NCBI GenBank assembly: GCA_037131245.1
Contig: JBAXRK010000013.1
Span: 1-57,998 of the forward strand
Direction: 5' to 3'
Length of the DNA: 57,998 nt
From: Candidatus Omnitrophota bacterium
Lineage (GTDB): Bacteria; Omnitrophota; Gorgyraeia; Zapsychrales; Fredricksoniimonadaceae
Every line of letters starts with the position of its first letter. Position 1 is the first letter of the stretch. The notes under the pieces were generated by a model that was not told the DNA's origin, did not search any database, and worked only from the letters and a program-made list of their open reading frames with translations. Below, piece by piece: positions 17,208 to 26,621 of this stretch. The translations under genes and the position numbers were made by a program.

Positions 17208-18451
17208 CGCTCATCTCCTTGTTGAAAAACCAGGCAGGCATTGCAACCGCCAAACCCGAACGAATTAGACAGGACCGCCTTTAACGCGGCCCGGCGCGCT
17301 TCACCGGGAACATAATCCAGGTCGCAATCGGGATCCCGCTCCTTAAGATTGATCGTCGGCGGGATCAGGCCACGGTCCAAGGCCAGCGCGCAAACCAGCG
17401 CTTCGATCGCCCCCGCCGCCCCGATGCTGTGGCCGATCATCGATTTAGTGGACGACACCGGCACGCGCGCTTTCTCCCCGAACACCGTCTTGATCGCCCG
17501 TGTTTCAGCCTTGTCATTAGCCTGGGTTGCCGTGCCATGCGCATTGATATAATCAATATCCCCGGGCTTTATCCCCGCGTCGCTCAGAGCCGCCGCCATC
17601 GCCAGGGCGGCATCTTGCCCGCCGGGATCCGGCATCACGATATGATGCGCCCCTGAGTTCGCCCCATAACCGGTGACCTCGGCATAAACGCGGGCCTTCC
17701 TGCGGCGGGCATGTTCAAGCTCCTCCAGGATCAGGATGCCCGCCCCTTCCGACAGCACAAACCCGTCGCGCTCCCGGTCAAAAGGCCGCGAGGCTTCCTG
17801 AGGGCGGTCATTCCTTTTGGACAGGACCCGCAGCGCGCCGTAAGCCGCGAAAGTGATCGGCGTCAGCGGCGCTTCAACCCCGCCGGATACGCAGGCATCA
17901 AGCTCTCCGTACTGGATCTTGCGAAAAGCCTCCCCGATCGCGTGGGCGCCGGAAGCGCAAGCTGTTGAAATAACACTATTGAACCCGGTCAACCCGGACT
18001 CAATGGCAATGTGGCTGGCCACCGCGTTGGACGTGATCCGGGGCACCGCCAGCGGATTGATCCGGCCGGGGCCTTTATCCAGGGCCGCGCGCATCTGCTC
18101 CTCGTGAAATTGAATGCCGCCGAGGCCCGAACCGATGATGACGCCGATCCTCGCGCGGTCTTCGCGCGCAAGGTCCAGCGCGCTATTGGCCAAGGCCATC
18201 TTGACCGACGCCAGGCCCAGGTGAACGTACCGGTCGGTGCGCTTAAGGACTTCCGCCGGCATATATTGCCCCGGGTCAAAACCCGTAACCTCGCCCGCGA
18301 TCCTGGTCTCAAGCCCGGCCACATCAAAAGATAAAAGGTTCTTCACGCCGGAGATCCCGCGGGCATTGTTCTCCCAGAAAAGCTCCAGGCCGATGCCATT
18401 AGGCGCCACAACCCCCAAGCCCGTAATAACAACCCGCTTTCTATCCTTCAC
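17204..18451 (-). CDS. Beta-ketoacyl-ACP synthase, FabF/KAS II-like (415 aa, GTG start)
   Basis: The Cys-His-His triad is present: ISTACASGAHAIG (active Cys), NAHGTATQAND and KSMIGHSIGAAG. GTG at 18451 gives VKDRKRVVITGLGVV. The longer track ORF (to 18637) overlaps the SDR gene and is discounted. Confidence 0.85.
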   Translation of the reverse strand: MKDRKRVVITGLGVVAPNGIGLELFWENNARGISGVKNLLSFDVAGLETRIAGEVTGFDPGQYMPAEVLKRTDRYVHLGLASVKMALANSALDLAREDRARIGVIIGSGLGGIQFHEEQMRAALDKGPGRINPLAVPRITSNAVASHIAIESGLTGFNSVISTACASGAHAIGEAFRKIQYGELDACVSGGVEAPLTPITFAAYGALRVLSKRNDRPQEASRPFDRERDGFVLSEGAGILILEELEHARRRKARVYAEVTGYGANSGAHHIVMPDPGGQDAALAMAAALSDAGIKPGDIDYINAHGTATQANDKAETRAIKTVFGEKARVPVSSTKSMIGHSIGAAGAIEALVCALALDRGLIPPTINLKERDPDCDLDYVPGEARRAALKAVLSNSFGFGGCNACLVFQQGDER

Positions 18452-19232
18452 GTTTGGCCACCTGCTTCTTGCTCTGCACGTAAGAGACGACGGCCAGCAC
18501 GAAGGCCTGGGGCAAAAACCGCACACATGCCACCATGACCCTGTTTCCGAAACCATGGACGGCCAGGAACTGGCCTGAACGAAGCGCCTTGTATCCGTAC
18601 TCAGCCACTTCTCTGGAGGAAGGCATCCGACGGTCATTCAAGAGTATATCCGACGTAAAAGCCGCCTGCTGAAAACCCGACGCAGTCGGCCCGGGGCAAA
18701 GGCAGGTCACCGTGACCCCGCTGCCTTTAAGTTCGCTGGCGAGCGCCCTGGAAAAAGACAACACAAACGCTTTTGTGGCAAAATAAACCGACATCAACGG
18801 GCCGGCCTGAAAAGCGGCGGTAGATGCAACATTGAGGATACGGCCGCTACGACGCTGCACCATCCCCGGCAGGAACATCCTCGTCAGTAGCGTTAACGCG
18901 GTAATATTGAGCTCGACCATCGCCTCCTGCCGGCAGGGATCAGCATCAACAAAAGGGCCCCAGTCACCAAAACCGGCATTGTTGACCAAGACATCGATCA
19001 AGAGCCCCCGCTGGCCAACCCACTCATACAATTGACGGCTGCTGCCCTTTACCGAAAGATCGATCGCGATCACATGGACACTGACCTGAAAACGGCCGCG
19101 CAAGTCGGCGGCAATGGCCTCGAGTTTCTCCCGGCTGCGCGCGGCTAAAACAAGATCATAATGGCCGCGGGCCAGGCACACGGCCAGCTCATAGCCGATA
19201 CCGCCGGAAGCGCCAGTTACCAGCGCGGTCAT
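18441..19232 (-). CDS. SDR-family oxidoreductase (classical, 263 aa)
   Basis: It has ALVTGASGGIGYE, LVNNAGF and Y..TK (VYFATKAF). The stop overlaps the ketosynthase start and the ATG overlaps the methyltransferase stop. Confidence 0.85.
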   Translation of the reverse strand: MTALVTGASGGIGYELAVCLARGHYDLVLAARSREKLEAIAADLRGRFQVSVHVIAIDLSVKGSSRQLYEWVGQRGLLIDVLVNNAGFGDWGPFVDADPCRQEAMVELNITALTLLTRMFLPGMVQRRSGRILNVASTAAFQAGPLMSVYFATKAFVLSFSRALASELKGSGVTVTCLCPGPTASGFQQAAFTSDILLNDRRMPSSREVAEYGYKALRSGQFLAVHGFGNRVMVACVRFLPQAFVLAVVSYVQSKKQVAKREG

Positions 19233-19981
19233 TTGGCCCCCGACTGATACGCGACGCCACCAAGCATAAAACTTTTTCCGTGCACATCCCTGAAACCGGC
19301 GCCGCTCATCATAGCCATGATCTCATTCTCCACTGGAAAATAACGGCTCGACCGGCTGAGATACTCAAAAGAATTAAACTCGTGACGATGAAAGACCGCC
19401 CGGCCCAGAAAAGGCATGAGACGGTCGAAATAAACATGATGCAGCCAGCGCGGCAAACCCGCTTTCGGTTTACCAAGATCAAGTGTCGTAAACACGCCGC
19501 CGGGTTTAAGGACACGGTGCATTTCTTTGATTCCCGCCGGGATATCACCGAGGTTCCGCAAGCCGAACCCCATCGCGATCGCGTCAAACGTATGCTCTTC
19601 AAAAGGCAAAGCCAGCGCGCTGGCCTGATAGAAGCTGATATCGTGAATGTTCGATCGCCGCGCCCGTTCTTTGGCTACCCGCAACATTTCTCCCGACATA
19701 TCCACCGCGTCCAGATGAAGGCCGCGGCATTGCCGGGTCATCTCGATAAAAAGGTCGCCGCTGCCCGTGCAGATATCAAGCACCCGCATGCCCGGTTTCA
19801 GATTCAGGCTGCTCACAGCCGCCTGCTTGTACCGCTGCTGCTGCCCAAGGGAAATGACCACGTTGAGCCGGTCATATTTGGGCGCCAACCCGTCAAAAAA
19901 AGCCCGGTTGGACTCCTCCCAGGAGCCGGCCTTAAAATACCGGTCGAACCCGACCGCTTTTACCGCCGCCGCGTCTTTCAT
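19229..19981 (-). CDS. Class I SAM-dependent methyltransferase, UbiE/MenG-like
   Basis: It has VLDICTGSGDL (motif I) and LKPGGVFTTLD, with UbiE-type length. The ATG at 19981 shares one base with the PKS stop. Confidence 0.8.
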   Translation of the reverse strand: MKDAAAVKAVGFDRYFKAGSWEESNRAFFDGLAPKYDRLNVVISLGQQQRYKQAAVSSLNLKPGMRVLDICTGSGDLFIEMTRQCRGLHLDAVDMSGEMLRVAKERARRSNIHDISFYQASALALPFEEHTFDAIAMGFGLRNLGDIPAGIKEMHRVLKPGGVFTTLDLGKPKAGLPRWLHHVYFDRLMPFLGRAVFHRHEFNSFEYLSRSSRYFPVENEIMAMMSGAGFRDVHGKSFMLGGVAYQSGAK

Positions 19982-21021
19982 CAACTTTTCTCCGTCCAGC
20001 GCAATAAAGCCCCATTAACGCTCGTCCCCGCGCCATAACTGACCATTAAAGCTGGCGTCCCATCAGAGAAAACCTGCGTCTCGGCCAAATGTTTAAGAAT
20101 ATACATCACGCTCGGCGATGACATGTTGCCGTACTCCGCCAGGATATGCCGGCTGACCTTAAGAGCTTCCGGGGCCAGGCCCAGCGTTTCTTCAATCCGA
20201 TCGAGGATGAGCCGTCCGCCCGGATGAAAGACCAATACCTCCGGAAGCCGAGCGATCGTCATCTCTGTCAATAAAGCTTTCACGCCAGCCGACACAAATT
20301 GCGGGACCGCTTTGCCCAGGACATTCTGCAAGCGGGCATTGACCGTGCGAAAGCGCAGCTGGTCTCGGGTCTCGGGAAAAAGCAAACAGCCATGCTGTAT
20401 CATCTGCCAGCCAGGCTTCTCGTCGCAGGTCAGCACGCAAGCCGCCGCGCCATCACCAAAAATAGAATTTGAAAGCAGCAGATCCACCGATTCCGCGTGA
20501 ACGAACGTAGCGGAGCATATCTCCACCGCGATAAAAAGCAGATTACCTTTCTTGGCGGCCAGCAAAAACTGCTCGGCCACCCGCAAGCCGGGCACCGCCG
20601 CGCCGCACCCGTGGCCGACAATATCAAGGATGAAAACGTCTTTCCGGACGCCAAGCGCTTCCCCGACATAAGAAGTAAGGCCGGGGCAAAGATATCCGGT
20701 GCACGTCACGATCACCAACCCGTCGACCTGATCCGGCCGCAAGCCCGCCGCGGCCAGGCTTTTGCGCCCCGCCTCTACCGCCAGCGCGGTGGCCTGTGTT
20801 TCAAAACGGGCGGTCGCCGCGTCGGCATCTTCGGTAAGAATCCGCTCCATGCGGTCGATCGCGAAGGTGCGCGAACGCACGCCGTCATCCGACATGAACC
20901 GTTCGTAATATTTTTTACTCCTGACGGAAAAGTCCTGCTTCATGATCAAATCGATGATCGCGCTCTGGTCCATGCGCAAGGGAGGATTAGCCGTACTGAT
21001 GCTCGTGATCCGGGGGGTCAT
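19981..21021 (-). CDS. Type III polyketide synthase (chalcone/stilbene synthase superfamily)
   Basis: The Cys-His-Asn catalytic set is in the expected order: VGHGCGAAVPG (Cys), VFHPGGRLILD (His) and EYGNMSSPSV (Asn). At 346 aa it matches bacterial RppA/Srs/Bps-type size. Confidence 0.85.
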   Translation of the reverse strand: MTPRITSISTANPPLRMDQSAIIDLIMKQDFSVRSKKYYERFMSDDGVRSRTFAIDRMERILTEDADAATARFETQATALAVEAGRKSLAAAGLRPDQVDGLVIVTCTGYLCPGLTSYVGEALGVRKDVFILDIVGHGCGAAVPGLRVAEQFLLAAKKGNLLFIAVEICSATFVHAESVDLLLSNSIFGDGAAACVLTCDEKPGWQMIQHGCLLFPETRDQLRFRTVNARLQNVLGKAVPQFVSAGVKALLTEMTIARLPEVLVFHPGGRLILDRIEETLGLAPEALKVSRHILAEYGNMSSPSVMYILKHLAETQVFSDGTPALMVSYGAGTSVNGALLRWTEKS

Positions 21022-21614
21022 TGATCGCCCCGCGTGAACACCATCGCGTATTTCACGTTTACCAGGTCCGCCACGCGGATCATCATCAGGACAGTGGGCG
21101 GATGCAGGTCATAATCCTTTAAATGAATATCAAAAGCGCCTTCACACGTGAGCGTACCACCCGCCAGACGGCCGGTGGCTGTAAGCGTCACCGGGTGGGT
21201 GATGTTATGGATCGTCATGGTCCCGGGGATCAGGATCGTCCCCTCCCCTTTTGCGGCCAGCGCCGACAGGTCGGGACTACCGAAAGCAAAATGAATATCC
21301 TTGTATTTCGGCTCATTGAACATGCGGTACATATTAACGTCCCGGCCCTTATTGTCCGTGGTCAGGCCAGCCACCGCCAGGTCCACCGCGCCGGCTGAAG
21401 CCGCCCCGGCTGTAGCCGCGCCGGCTGAAGATGCTCCCCCGGCAAAGGACCCCGACATGGTCTGCGCCTTGCCGTGAACATCATGCAATGTCGTGCGCAC
21501 AAAGAAGGTAAGCGTGCTTTTCTCCGGAGCCAGGCGCCACACGTCAGCCGCCATCGCGCGGGGCGCTATAAGGACCGTCACTACCAATAAGAAAATCTTG
21601 AATATCCTGTTCAT
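21018..21614 (-). CDS. YceI-like (polyisoprenoid/lipid-binding) periplasmic protein
   Basis: From the ATG at 21614 (SD GGAGG) it has the signal peptide MNRIFKIFLLVVTVLIAPRAMA. YceI-type motifs follow: STLTFFVRTTLHDVHG, TTDNKGRDVNM and GTMTIHNITHPVTL. An Ala/Gly/Ser-rich insert is present. Confidence 0.7.
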   Translation of the reverse strand: MNRIFKIFLLVVTVLIAPRAMAADVWRLAPEKSTLTFFVRTTLHDVHGKAQTMSGSFAGGASSAGAATAGAASAGAVDLAVAGLTTDNKGRDVNMYRMFNEPKYKDIHFAFGSPDLSALAAKGEGTILIPGTMTIHNITHPVTLTATGRLAGGTLTCEGAFDIHLKDYDLHPPTVLMMIRVADLVNVKYAMVFTRGDQ

Positions 21615-21637
21615 CCTACCTCCAGCCCTTCTTTTAG

Positions 21638-22867
21638 CTAACGCCAGAACGCGCCGCTCTCCATCTCCTTGACCAGGACCTCCTGGTCCTTCAGGATCAA
21701 TTGCCGCGAAGCGTCGCGGACCGTAATGGCTTTTTTCGCGATCCCGTGGCAATACTGGCAATCCCCGCACACACGGTTGCGGCAGCCATTCATGCCGAGG
21801 ATCGGCTCCAGGAACCCGTCAAGAGCCCGATTATCGATCGTGACGGGCGGCTCCACCTCGGGCACTGAAATAAACCCCCGCTTGCGGCTGAGGTTCAGCA
21901 AGCGCCGGATCGCGCCGATCCGCAAAGGTGCCGAATGCCTTAACCAGGTCAGCACGCTCCCTGCCCGGTTCCCCAGCGCATTAAGGGAACGGTCGGGCTT
22001 GACCGTGTGACCGAAATCCTGGATCAAGTCCAGTAAGTTGCCCTCATAATGCCGCCCATGGTACGCCTTGAGCCGGCGCAGCAAAACCTCCGTCGGAAGA
22101 TTGCGGCCGGATAATTTGAAATTATCGTAACCAAGCCTTTCGTAATGGGCCAGGTCTTCCGGTCGTATCCAGTCCGCCATCAAGAAACGCTCCGGCTCCC
22201 GCAATTTCTGCGCGGTACAATGCAGATAACAATAATCCGGCAGGATACCCTGTGTTTTACTGCCGCGCCTTGATCCTGACGCGAGGACGTTCATATGATA
22301 CGGCGATAATGAACAACCATAATCGCAATTGTTATTCACCAGAAGCTGTAGCGGGATCTTGACCGACCGGCGGATATCTTCCAGGATATGAAATTCCCGA
22401 TTGACCAACAGCGAATCGAGGACAACCTCATCGGCCCCCATGTCTTCCCACTGGCGCGCTTTGCGGGCGTCACCGACCTGCGCGAAAACACTGATCTTCA
22501 CCCACGCTCCCGGATAGCGGCTCTTGAGGAACCTGAGCAAATAGGGCGTCGCCACCGTGAACCGCGTGATGCCCATGGCCCATAAACGGTCCACCAACCC
22601 CGCCAAAGCCCTCTGCCCCGACCGCGTGTATTCCATATTGTCGGACGCCGAAGCATTAAGCAGATAATTAAAAGCCATGCCCTGTTGCCGGCACAGGTCC
22701 GCGTGCCGGCGCAGGTCGGCGAACGACAAGGAAGGCAGGAGCTGGGACAAGCGCCCGCCGCCAACCGCGTCAGACTGAAGCTTGCCGTAAACTTCGCTCA
22801 CCCCGTGACCGGCCATACCCTCGATCAGGCAAGGGTCAAAATTTGTTGGAACAGAAAATATCGCCAT
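21638..22867 (-). CDS. U32-like (collagenase/UbiU-UbiV superfamily) TIM-barrel protein with C-terminal Cys cluster
   Basis: The layout resembles U32-family proteins: FSVPTNFD...EVYGKL...GGGR...FNYLLNA...LLVNNNCDYGCSLSPYH...DYCYLHC. The extra C-terminal cluster is CRNRVCGDCQYC. The call is by recollection of the family, not by HMM. Confidence 0.5.
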   Translation of the reverse strand: MAIFSVPTNFDPCLIEGMAGHGVSEVYGKLQSDAVGGGRLSQLLPSLSFADLRRHADLCRQQGMAFNYLLNASASDNMEYTRSGQRALAGLVDRLWAMGITRFTVATPYLLRFLKSRYPGAWVKISVFAQVGDARKARQWEDMGADEVVLDSLLVNREFHILEDIRRSVKIPLQLLVNNNCDYGCSLSPYHMNVLASGSRRGSKTQGILPDYCYLHCTAQKLREPERFLMADWIRPEDLAHYERLGYDNFKLSGRNLPTEVLLRRLKAYHGRHYEGNLLDLIQDFGHTVKPDRSLNALGNRAGSVLTWLRHSAPLRIGAIRRLLNLSRKRGFISVPEVEPPVTIDNRALDGFLEPILGMNGCRNRVCGDCQYCHGIAKKAITVRDASRQLILKDQEVLVKEMESGAFWR

Positions 22868-22889
22868 CAACGCCTCTCTCGCGCTACAT

Positions 22890-24242
22890 TCAAATATTCA
22901 TCGTCCGGCGCGCCATACCGATCGCCTCCGACCAGGCCTGGTCGGACGTATGCACGGAATCCACAATGTCCTTGATCGCCGCTACGAAGCCGTCGATATG
23001 TTCCGTGGTAGCGACCAGCGGAGGTGAAGCTTTGAGCACCATAAAATCATTGCCGCAGATCTGGGTAATAAAACCCTTGTCACGGAACAAGCGCAAGACC
23101 AGCATCTGCCCGAACATCCCCGGATGAATGGCTTTAAATGTTTCAAAAGCCACCTTAAGCTTCAGCGACCTCGGCGCCCGGAACTTGATCCCCGACATCA
23201 TCCCGATCCCGCGCACTTCCTGGAACATCTCATACCCCGACAGGGCCGCCTGGAGCTTGTCGCGCAATTCCCGGCCCATCGCCGTTCCACGCTCACCGAG
23301 CTTTTCCCCTGCCATCACGTCAAGCGACGCCAGCGCGGCCCGCATGGCAAGAGAATTCTCACTGAATGTCGATGTGTGGATCATCGCGCTCTTGAGGGAC
23401 TTGAAAACAGAGTCGCAAACTTTCTCCGTCATAAGTAGAGCGCCCACCGGCACCAGGCCGCCACTCAGCGCTTTAGCCATCACCACCATGTCTGGCTCAA
23501 CACCATAGTGATGGGCTGCCAGGAACGGGCCCGTGCGGTACATGCCCGTCTGTACTTCATCAAGAACAAGTAATGTTCCGCTGCGGCGGCACAAACGCTC
23601 CGCCTCGCGTAAATAATCGTTCGCCGGCAGGACGATCCCCGCTTCCGACTGGATCGGCTCCACAATGAACGCCGCGAACTTCTTGGTGGCCAGTTTTTTA
23701 TCCAAAGCTGCCAGGTCATTGAACGGGATAGCGGTGGTATCCGGCAGCATGGGACCGAACCCGTCACTCCAGAAAGACCCGCCCATCAGGGAAAGCGCGC
23801 CACAAGTGAGCCCATGAAAAGCTCCGTCGCAGTAGAGCATGCCCGTACGGCCGGTATGCATACGAGAAAATTTAATAGCCGCCTCCACGCCTTCACTGCC
23901 GGAACTACCGAACGCGACACGAGCCAGGCGTCCGCCAGCCAGACGGCACAAGCGCTCCGCCAGCACTCCGGCCAGTTGCGGCACGTGATTCTGCAGCATC
24001 GAAGGGCCATTGCTATCAAGCTCGGCCTTAAGCGCGGCAATGATCGCCGGATGATTATGCCCCATATTGTAAACGCAATAGCCCGATAAGAAATCAAGGA
24101 TCCGCCGGCCGTCCACCGTGGTCAATTCCACCCCGAGGCAGTGGCGGTACGCCACGTTCATCTCCAGCAAGTCGAGCAAACGCACCCATTGCGGATTAAC
24201 ATGATCCGCGTACTGCTGGGCAAATGGCTGTTCACTTTTCAT
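22890..24242 (-). CDS. Class III (ornithine/GABA/putrescine-type) PLP-dependent aminotransferase
   Basis: It has NMGHNHPAIIAAL, GSEGVEAAIKFSR, LVLDEVQTGMYRTG and MAKALSGG (PLP Lys). Confidence 0.85.
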   Translation of the reverse strand: MKSEQPFAQQYADHVNPQWVRLLDLLEMNVAYRHCLGVELTTVDGRRILDFLSGYCVYNMGHNHPAIIAALKAELDSNGPSMLQNHVPQLAGVLAERLCRLAGGRLARVAFGSSGSEGVEAAIKFSRMHTGRTGMLYCDGAFHGLTCGALSLMGGSFWSDGFGPMLPDTTAIPFNDLAALDKKLATKKFAAFIVEPIQSEAGIVLPANDYLREAERLCRRSGTLLVLDEVQTGMYRTGPFLAAHHYGVEPDMVVMAKALSGGLVPVGALLMTEKVCDSVFKSLKSAMIHTSTFSENSLAMRAALASLDVMAGEKLGERGTAMGRELRDKLQAALSGYEMFQEVRGIGMMSGIKFRAPRSLKLKVAFETFKAIHPGMFGQMLVLRLFRDKGFITQICGNDFMVLKASPPLVATTEHIDGFVAAIKDIVDSVHTSDQAWSEAIGMARRTMNI

Positions 24243-24303
24243 CTTTCTCCTTTATGGACACACGCATCCCCGGCACGACACACGACATGACCGATGATGC
24301 TGA

Positions 24304-25284
24304 TTATTTGATCTCGAGAATGACCTTCAGGGATCCCTTGGCCCCAACGACAATATTGAACGCTTCCTGAATATCCTTTAGCGGCAGCGCGTGCGTAATA
24401 AGCGTCCGCACATTAACCTTGCCACTGCTGATGAGCGCCAGCGATTCTGCCAGATCATCCGGCGCCGCCCCGTAAGAAGACGTCACCGTCAGTTCTTTCC
24501 TCCAAAAATCCGGTATCGGCAGCGGTATGTCACGGTTCGGGATCGCGAAAAGCAAGATGGTCCCTTTTTTATCGACACAACGGAACGCTTGTTCGACAGC
24601 GCTAAAAGCACCGGTGCACACAATAACCTTATCCGCGGGGGCATCGATCGGTGCCGAAGCCTGAAGCACTTCATCCGCGCCGGCTTCACGCGCTTTCTGC
24701 AAGCGGTACGCGTCAATATCCGTCGCGATGACTCGGGCCCCCTTCAGCTTGGCCAGCATGATATTCATCAGGCCGGAAACGCCACAACCAAGAATAAGGA
24801 CAGTCTGCCCCGCCCGCACATCGATCAACCGCAAACCCCGCACGCCGCACGCCAGCGGCTCGATCATGGACCCTTCCGCGTAAGACACATGATCCGGCAG
24901 GACATAAACACCGCGCTCAACATTGATCGCCGGAACGCGGATGAATTCGCTGTATCCACCCGGATCATAATTGCCCTGATGCAGTGTATCGCAGGCCGTA
25001 TGATGGCCGGCACGGCAGTACTTGCAATCGTCGCAGGGCACATGATGGCTGACGAATACCCGCTGGCCGGCCTTATACGCCGGTGACTTCGATTCAACAA
25101 TATCGCCGCTGATCTCATGGCCCAGGATGCGGGGGCCTTTCTTCACGCGATACCACTCCATCACGTCCGTCCCGCAAATGCCGCTGGCACGCGTCTTCAC
25201 CAGGATCTCACCGGGGCCGATCACGGGAACAGGCAACTCTTCAAGACGGATATCTTTATTGTTATAGTACCGGGCGGCGATCAT
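24304..25284 (-). CDS. Zn-dependent medium-chain dehydrogenase (threonine/sorbitol dehydrogenase-like)
   Basis: It has ASGICGTDVMEW, GHEISG, the structural-Zn Cys cluster CDDCKYCRAGHHTAC and the Rossmann segment LILGCGVSG. The ATG overlaps the aldolase stop (ATGA). Confidence 0.85.
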   Translation of the reverse strand: MIAARYYNNKDIRLEELPVPVIGPGEILVKTRASGICGTDVMEWYRVKKGPRILGHEISGDIVESKSPAYKAGQRVFVSHHVPCDDCKYCRAGHHTACDTLHQGNYDPGGYSEFIRVPAINVERGVYVLPDHVSYAEGSMIEPLACGVRGLRLIDVRAGQTVLILGCGVSGLMNIMLAKLKGARVIATDIDAYRLQKAREAGADEVLQASAPIDAPADKVIVCTGAFSAVEQAFRCVDKKGTILLFAIPNRDIPLPIPDFWRKELTVTSSYGAAPDDLAESLALISSGKVNVRTLITHALPLKDIQEAFNIVVGAKGSLKVILEIK

Positions 25285-26060
25285 GAGGCTTTCAAGATCT
25301 CCCGGGCCTGCTGCAGCGACACATTGTCATGCACGATCGCCTTGAGAGCGCGTGCCATGGCCACCGGACGGGGGCTCTGCCAGACATTGCGGCCCAGGTT
25401 AAGCCCCACCGCGCCCTTCTGCATGCCGTCATGAACAAATTCCAGGACCCCTTCCTCGGTCTCACACTTGGGGCCGCCAGCCATAATGACCGGCACGGGG
25501 CAACCCTGCACTACCTTATCAAAATCCTTGTCGCACCAGTACGTTTTAACAACCCTCGCGCCAAGCTCAGCCGCGATGCGGCAACACAACCCCAGATAAC
25601 GGGCATCGCGTTTTTCCATCTCGCGCCCCACCGCAGTCACCGCCATCACGGGGATCCCGTAAGGCTCGCACATGTTCACCAGCGTGGCCAGGTTCTTGAG
25701 CGTTTCTTTTTCGTAATCACTGCCAATAAAAACAGAAACGCCGACAGCGGAAACATTAAGCCGAAGGATCTCATCAATAGATGTTGTCACTTCCTCATTG
25801 GCCAGGTCCTTGCCGACCATACTGGTACAGCCCGACACTCGCAAGACGATCGGCTTGCTGCCTACCGGATCGATCACCGAGCGCAACACGCCACGCGTAC
25901 AGAATAAAGCATCCACATAAGGCAATAACGGCTTGATCGTCTCAGCCGGCCGTTCCAGGCCTTTGGTCGGCCCCTGAAAATAACCGTGGTCGATCGGCAT
26001 AAAAAAACATTTTCCGCCCGGCATCAACTGACTTAAGCGATTCTTCATTCCCCAACTCAT
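25281..26060 (-). CDS. DhnA/LsrF/AroA'-type class I aldolase family protein
   Basis: It has FFMPIDHGYFQGP, RVVKTYW (Schiff-base Lys region), PVIMAGGPK and LNLGRNVWQ. The ATG at 26060 follows GGAGG, whereas the track start at 26066 is a TTG. Confidence 0.7.
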   Translation of the reverse strand: MSWGMKNRLSQLMPGGKCFFMPIDHGYFQGPTKGLERPAETIKPLLPYVDALFCTRGVLRSVIDPVGSKPIVLRVSGCTSMVGKDLANEEVTTSIDEILRLNVSAVGVSVFIGSDYEKETLKNLATLVNMCEPYGIPVMAVTAVGREMEKRDARYLGLCCRIAAELGARVVKTYWCDKDFDKVVQGCPVPVIMAGGPKCETEEGVLEFVHDGMQKGAVGLNLGRNVWQSPRPVAMARALKAIVHDNVSLQQAREILKAS

Positions 26061-26146
26061 GCGCAAGCCTCCGTAATATGGTTGAACAATATCATCCTGA
26101 AGATTAAACCAGGATTAAAAGAAGATTAGATTTTATTAACGGCCGC

Positions 26147-26608
26147 TCACCAATATAACTTTTTAAACCGGGCTGAATACCGACGTATCCAGACCTTTGA
26201 CGCTTCCTCCAGCGACACCTGCTTGCCCGATTGTAAGCTGAGCAGGTCACGAAATTCGGCGATCAGGTAGATCTGCTCGATCATTTTCACCTTGAACGCC
26301 TCCTGGACCCGCATGAAACTGACCGCGATATCATACAACCGCGTCTCGGCATTGAGCATGCAACGCACCACGCGCGCCCTGACATTGAACATTTTATCCT
26401 CAAAGGGCATGTTCAAAACGATACGGGCGCCTTTTTTAAGCATGTTTTTAGAAGAAAAAAGCAGGCCGCCCAGGCTAACATTGCGCGTCCGGGAACGCTC
26501 GCCGGCCGGCATGGCCGGTTCGGCCTTCTCACCGGGAGAGAGCATCTTGTAGGCCAGCGGCATACACAATGGATGGCGGATAAACTTACGGCATTCGATG
26601 ACTTTCAT
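26147..26608 (-). CDS. PilZ-domain (c-di-GMP-binding) protein
   Basis: From the ATG at 26608 it has RKFIRHP (RxxxR) followed by TRNVSLGGLLF (the N/DxSxxG motif). Confidence 0.7.
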   Translation of the reverse strand: MKVIECRKFIRHPLCMPLAYKMLSPGEKAEPAMPAGERSRTRNVSLGGLLFSSKNMLKKGARIVLNMPFEDKMFNVRARVVRCMLNAETRLYDIAVSFMRVQEAFKVKMIEQIYLIAEFRDLLSLQSGKQVSLEEASKVWIRRYSARFKKLYW

Positions 26609-26621
26609 ACGGCACCCTCTT

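Noticed and set aside
17204-18637. 477-aa form of the ketosynthase ORF, and similar 5' extensions of the yceI-like (to 21770), yahK-like (to 33704), DUF748 (to 29833), PilZ (to 26659) and MamK-like (to 45897) ORFs
   Set aside because: The extensions overlap the preceding genes and lack SD sequences. Internal starts with SD motifs, or overlap-coupled starts, give proteins that begin where homologues begin.
21388-21430. Direct repeat gcgccggctgaag occurring twice 30 nt apart
   Set aside because: It lies inside the yceI-like coding sequence and simply encodes an Ala/Gly/Ser-rich low-complexity insert (SSAGAATAGAASAGA). It is not a CRISPR or regulatory array.
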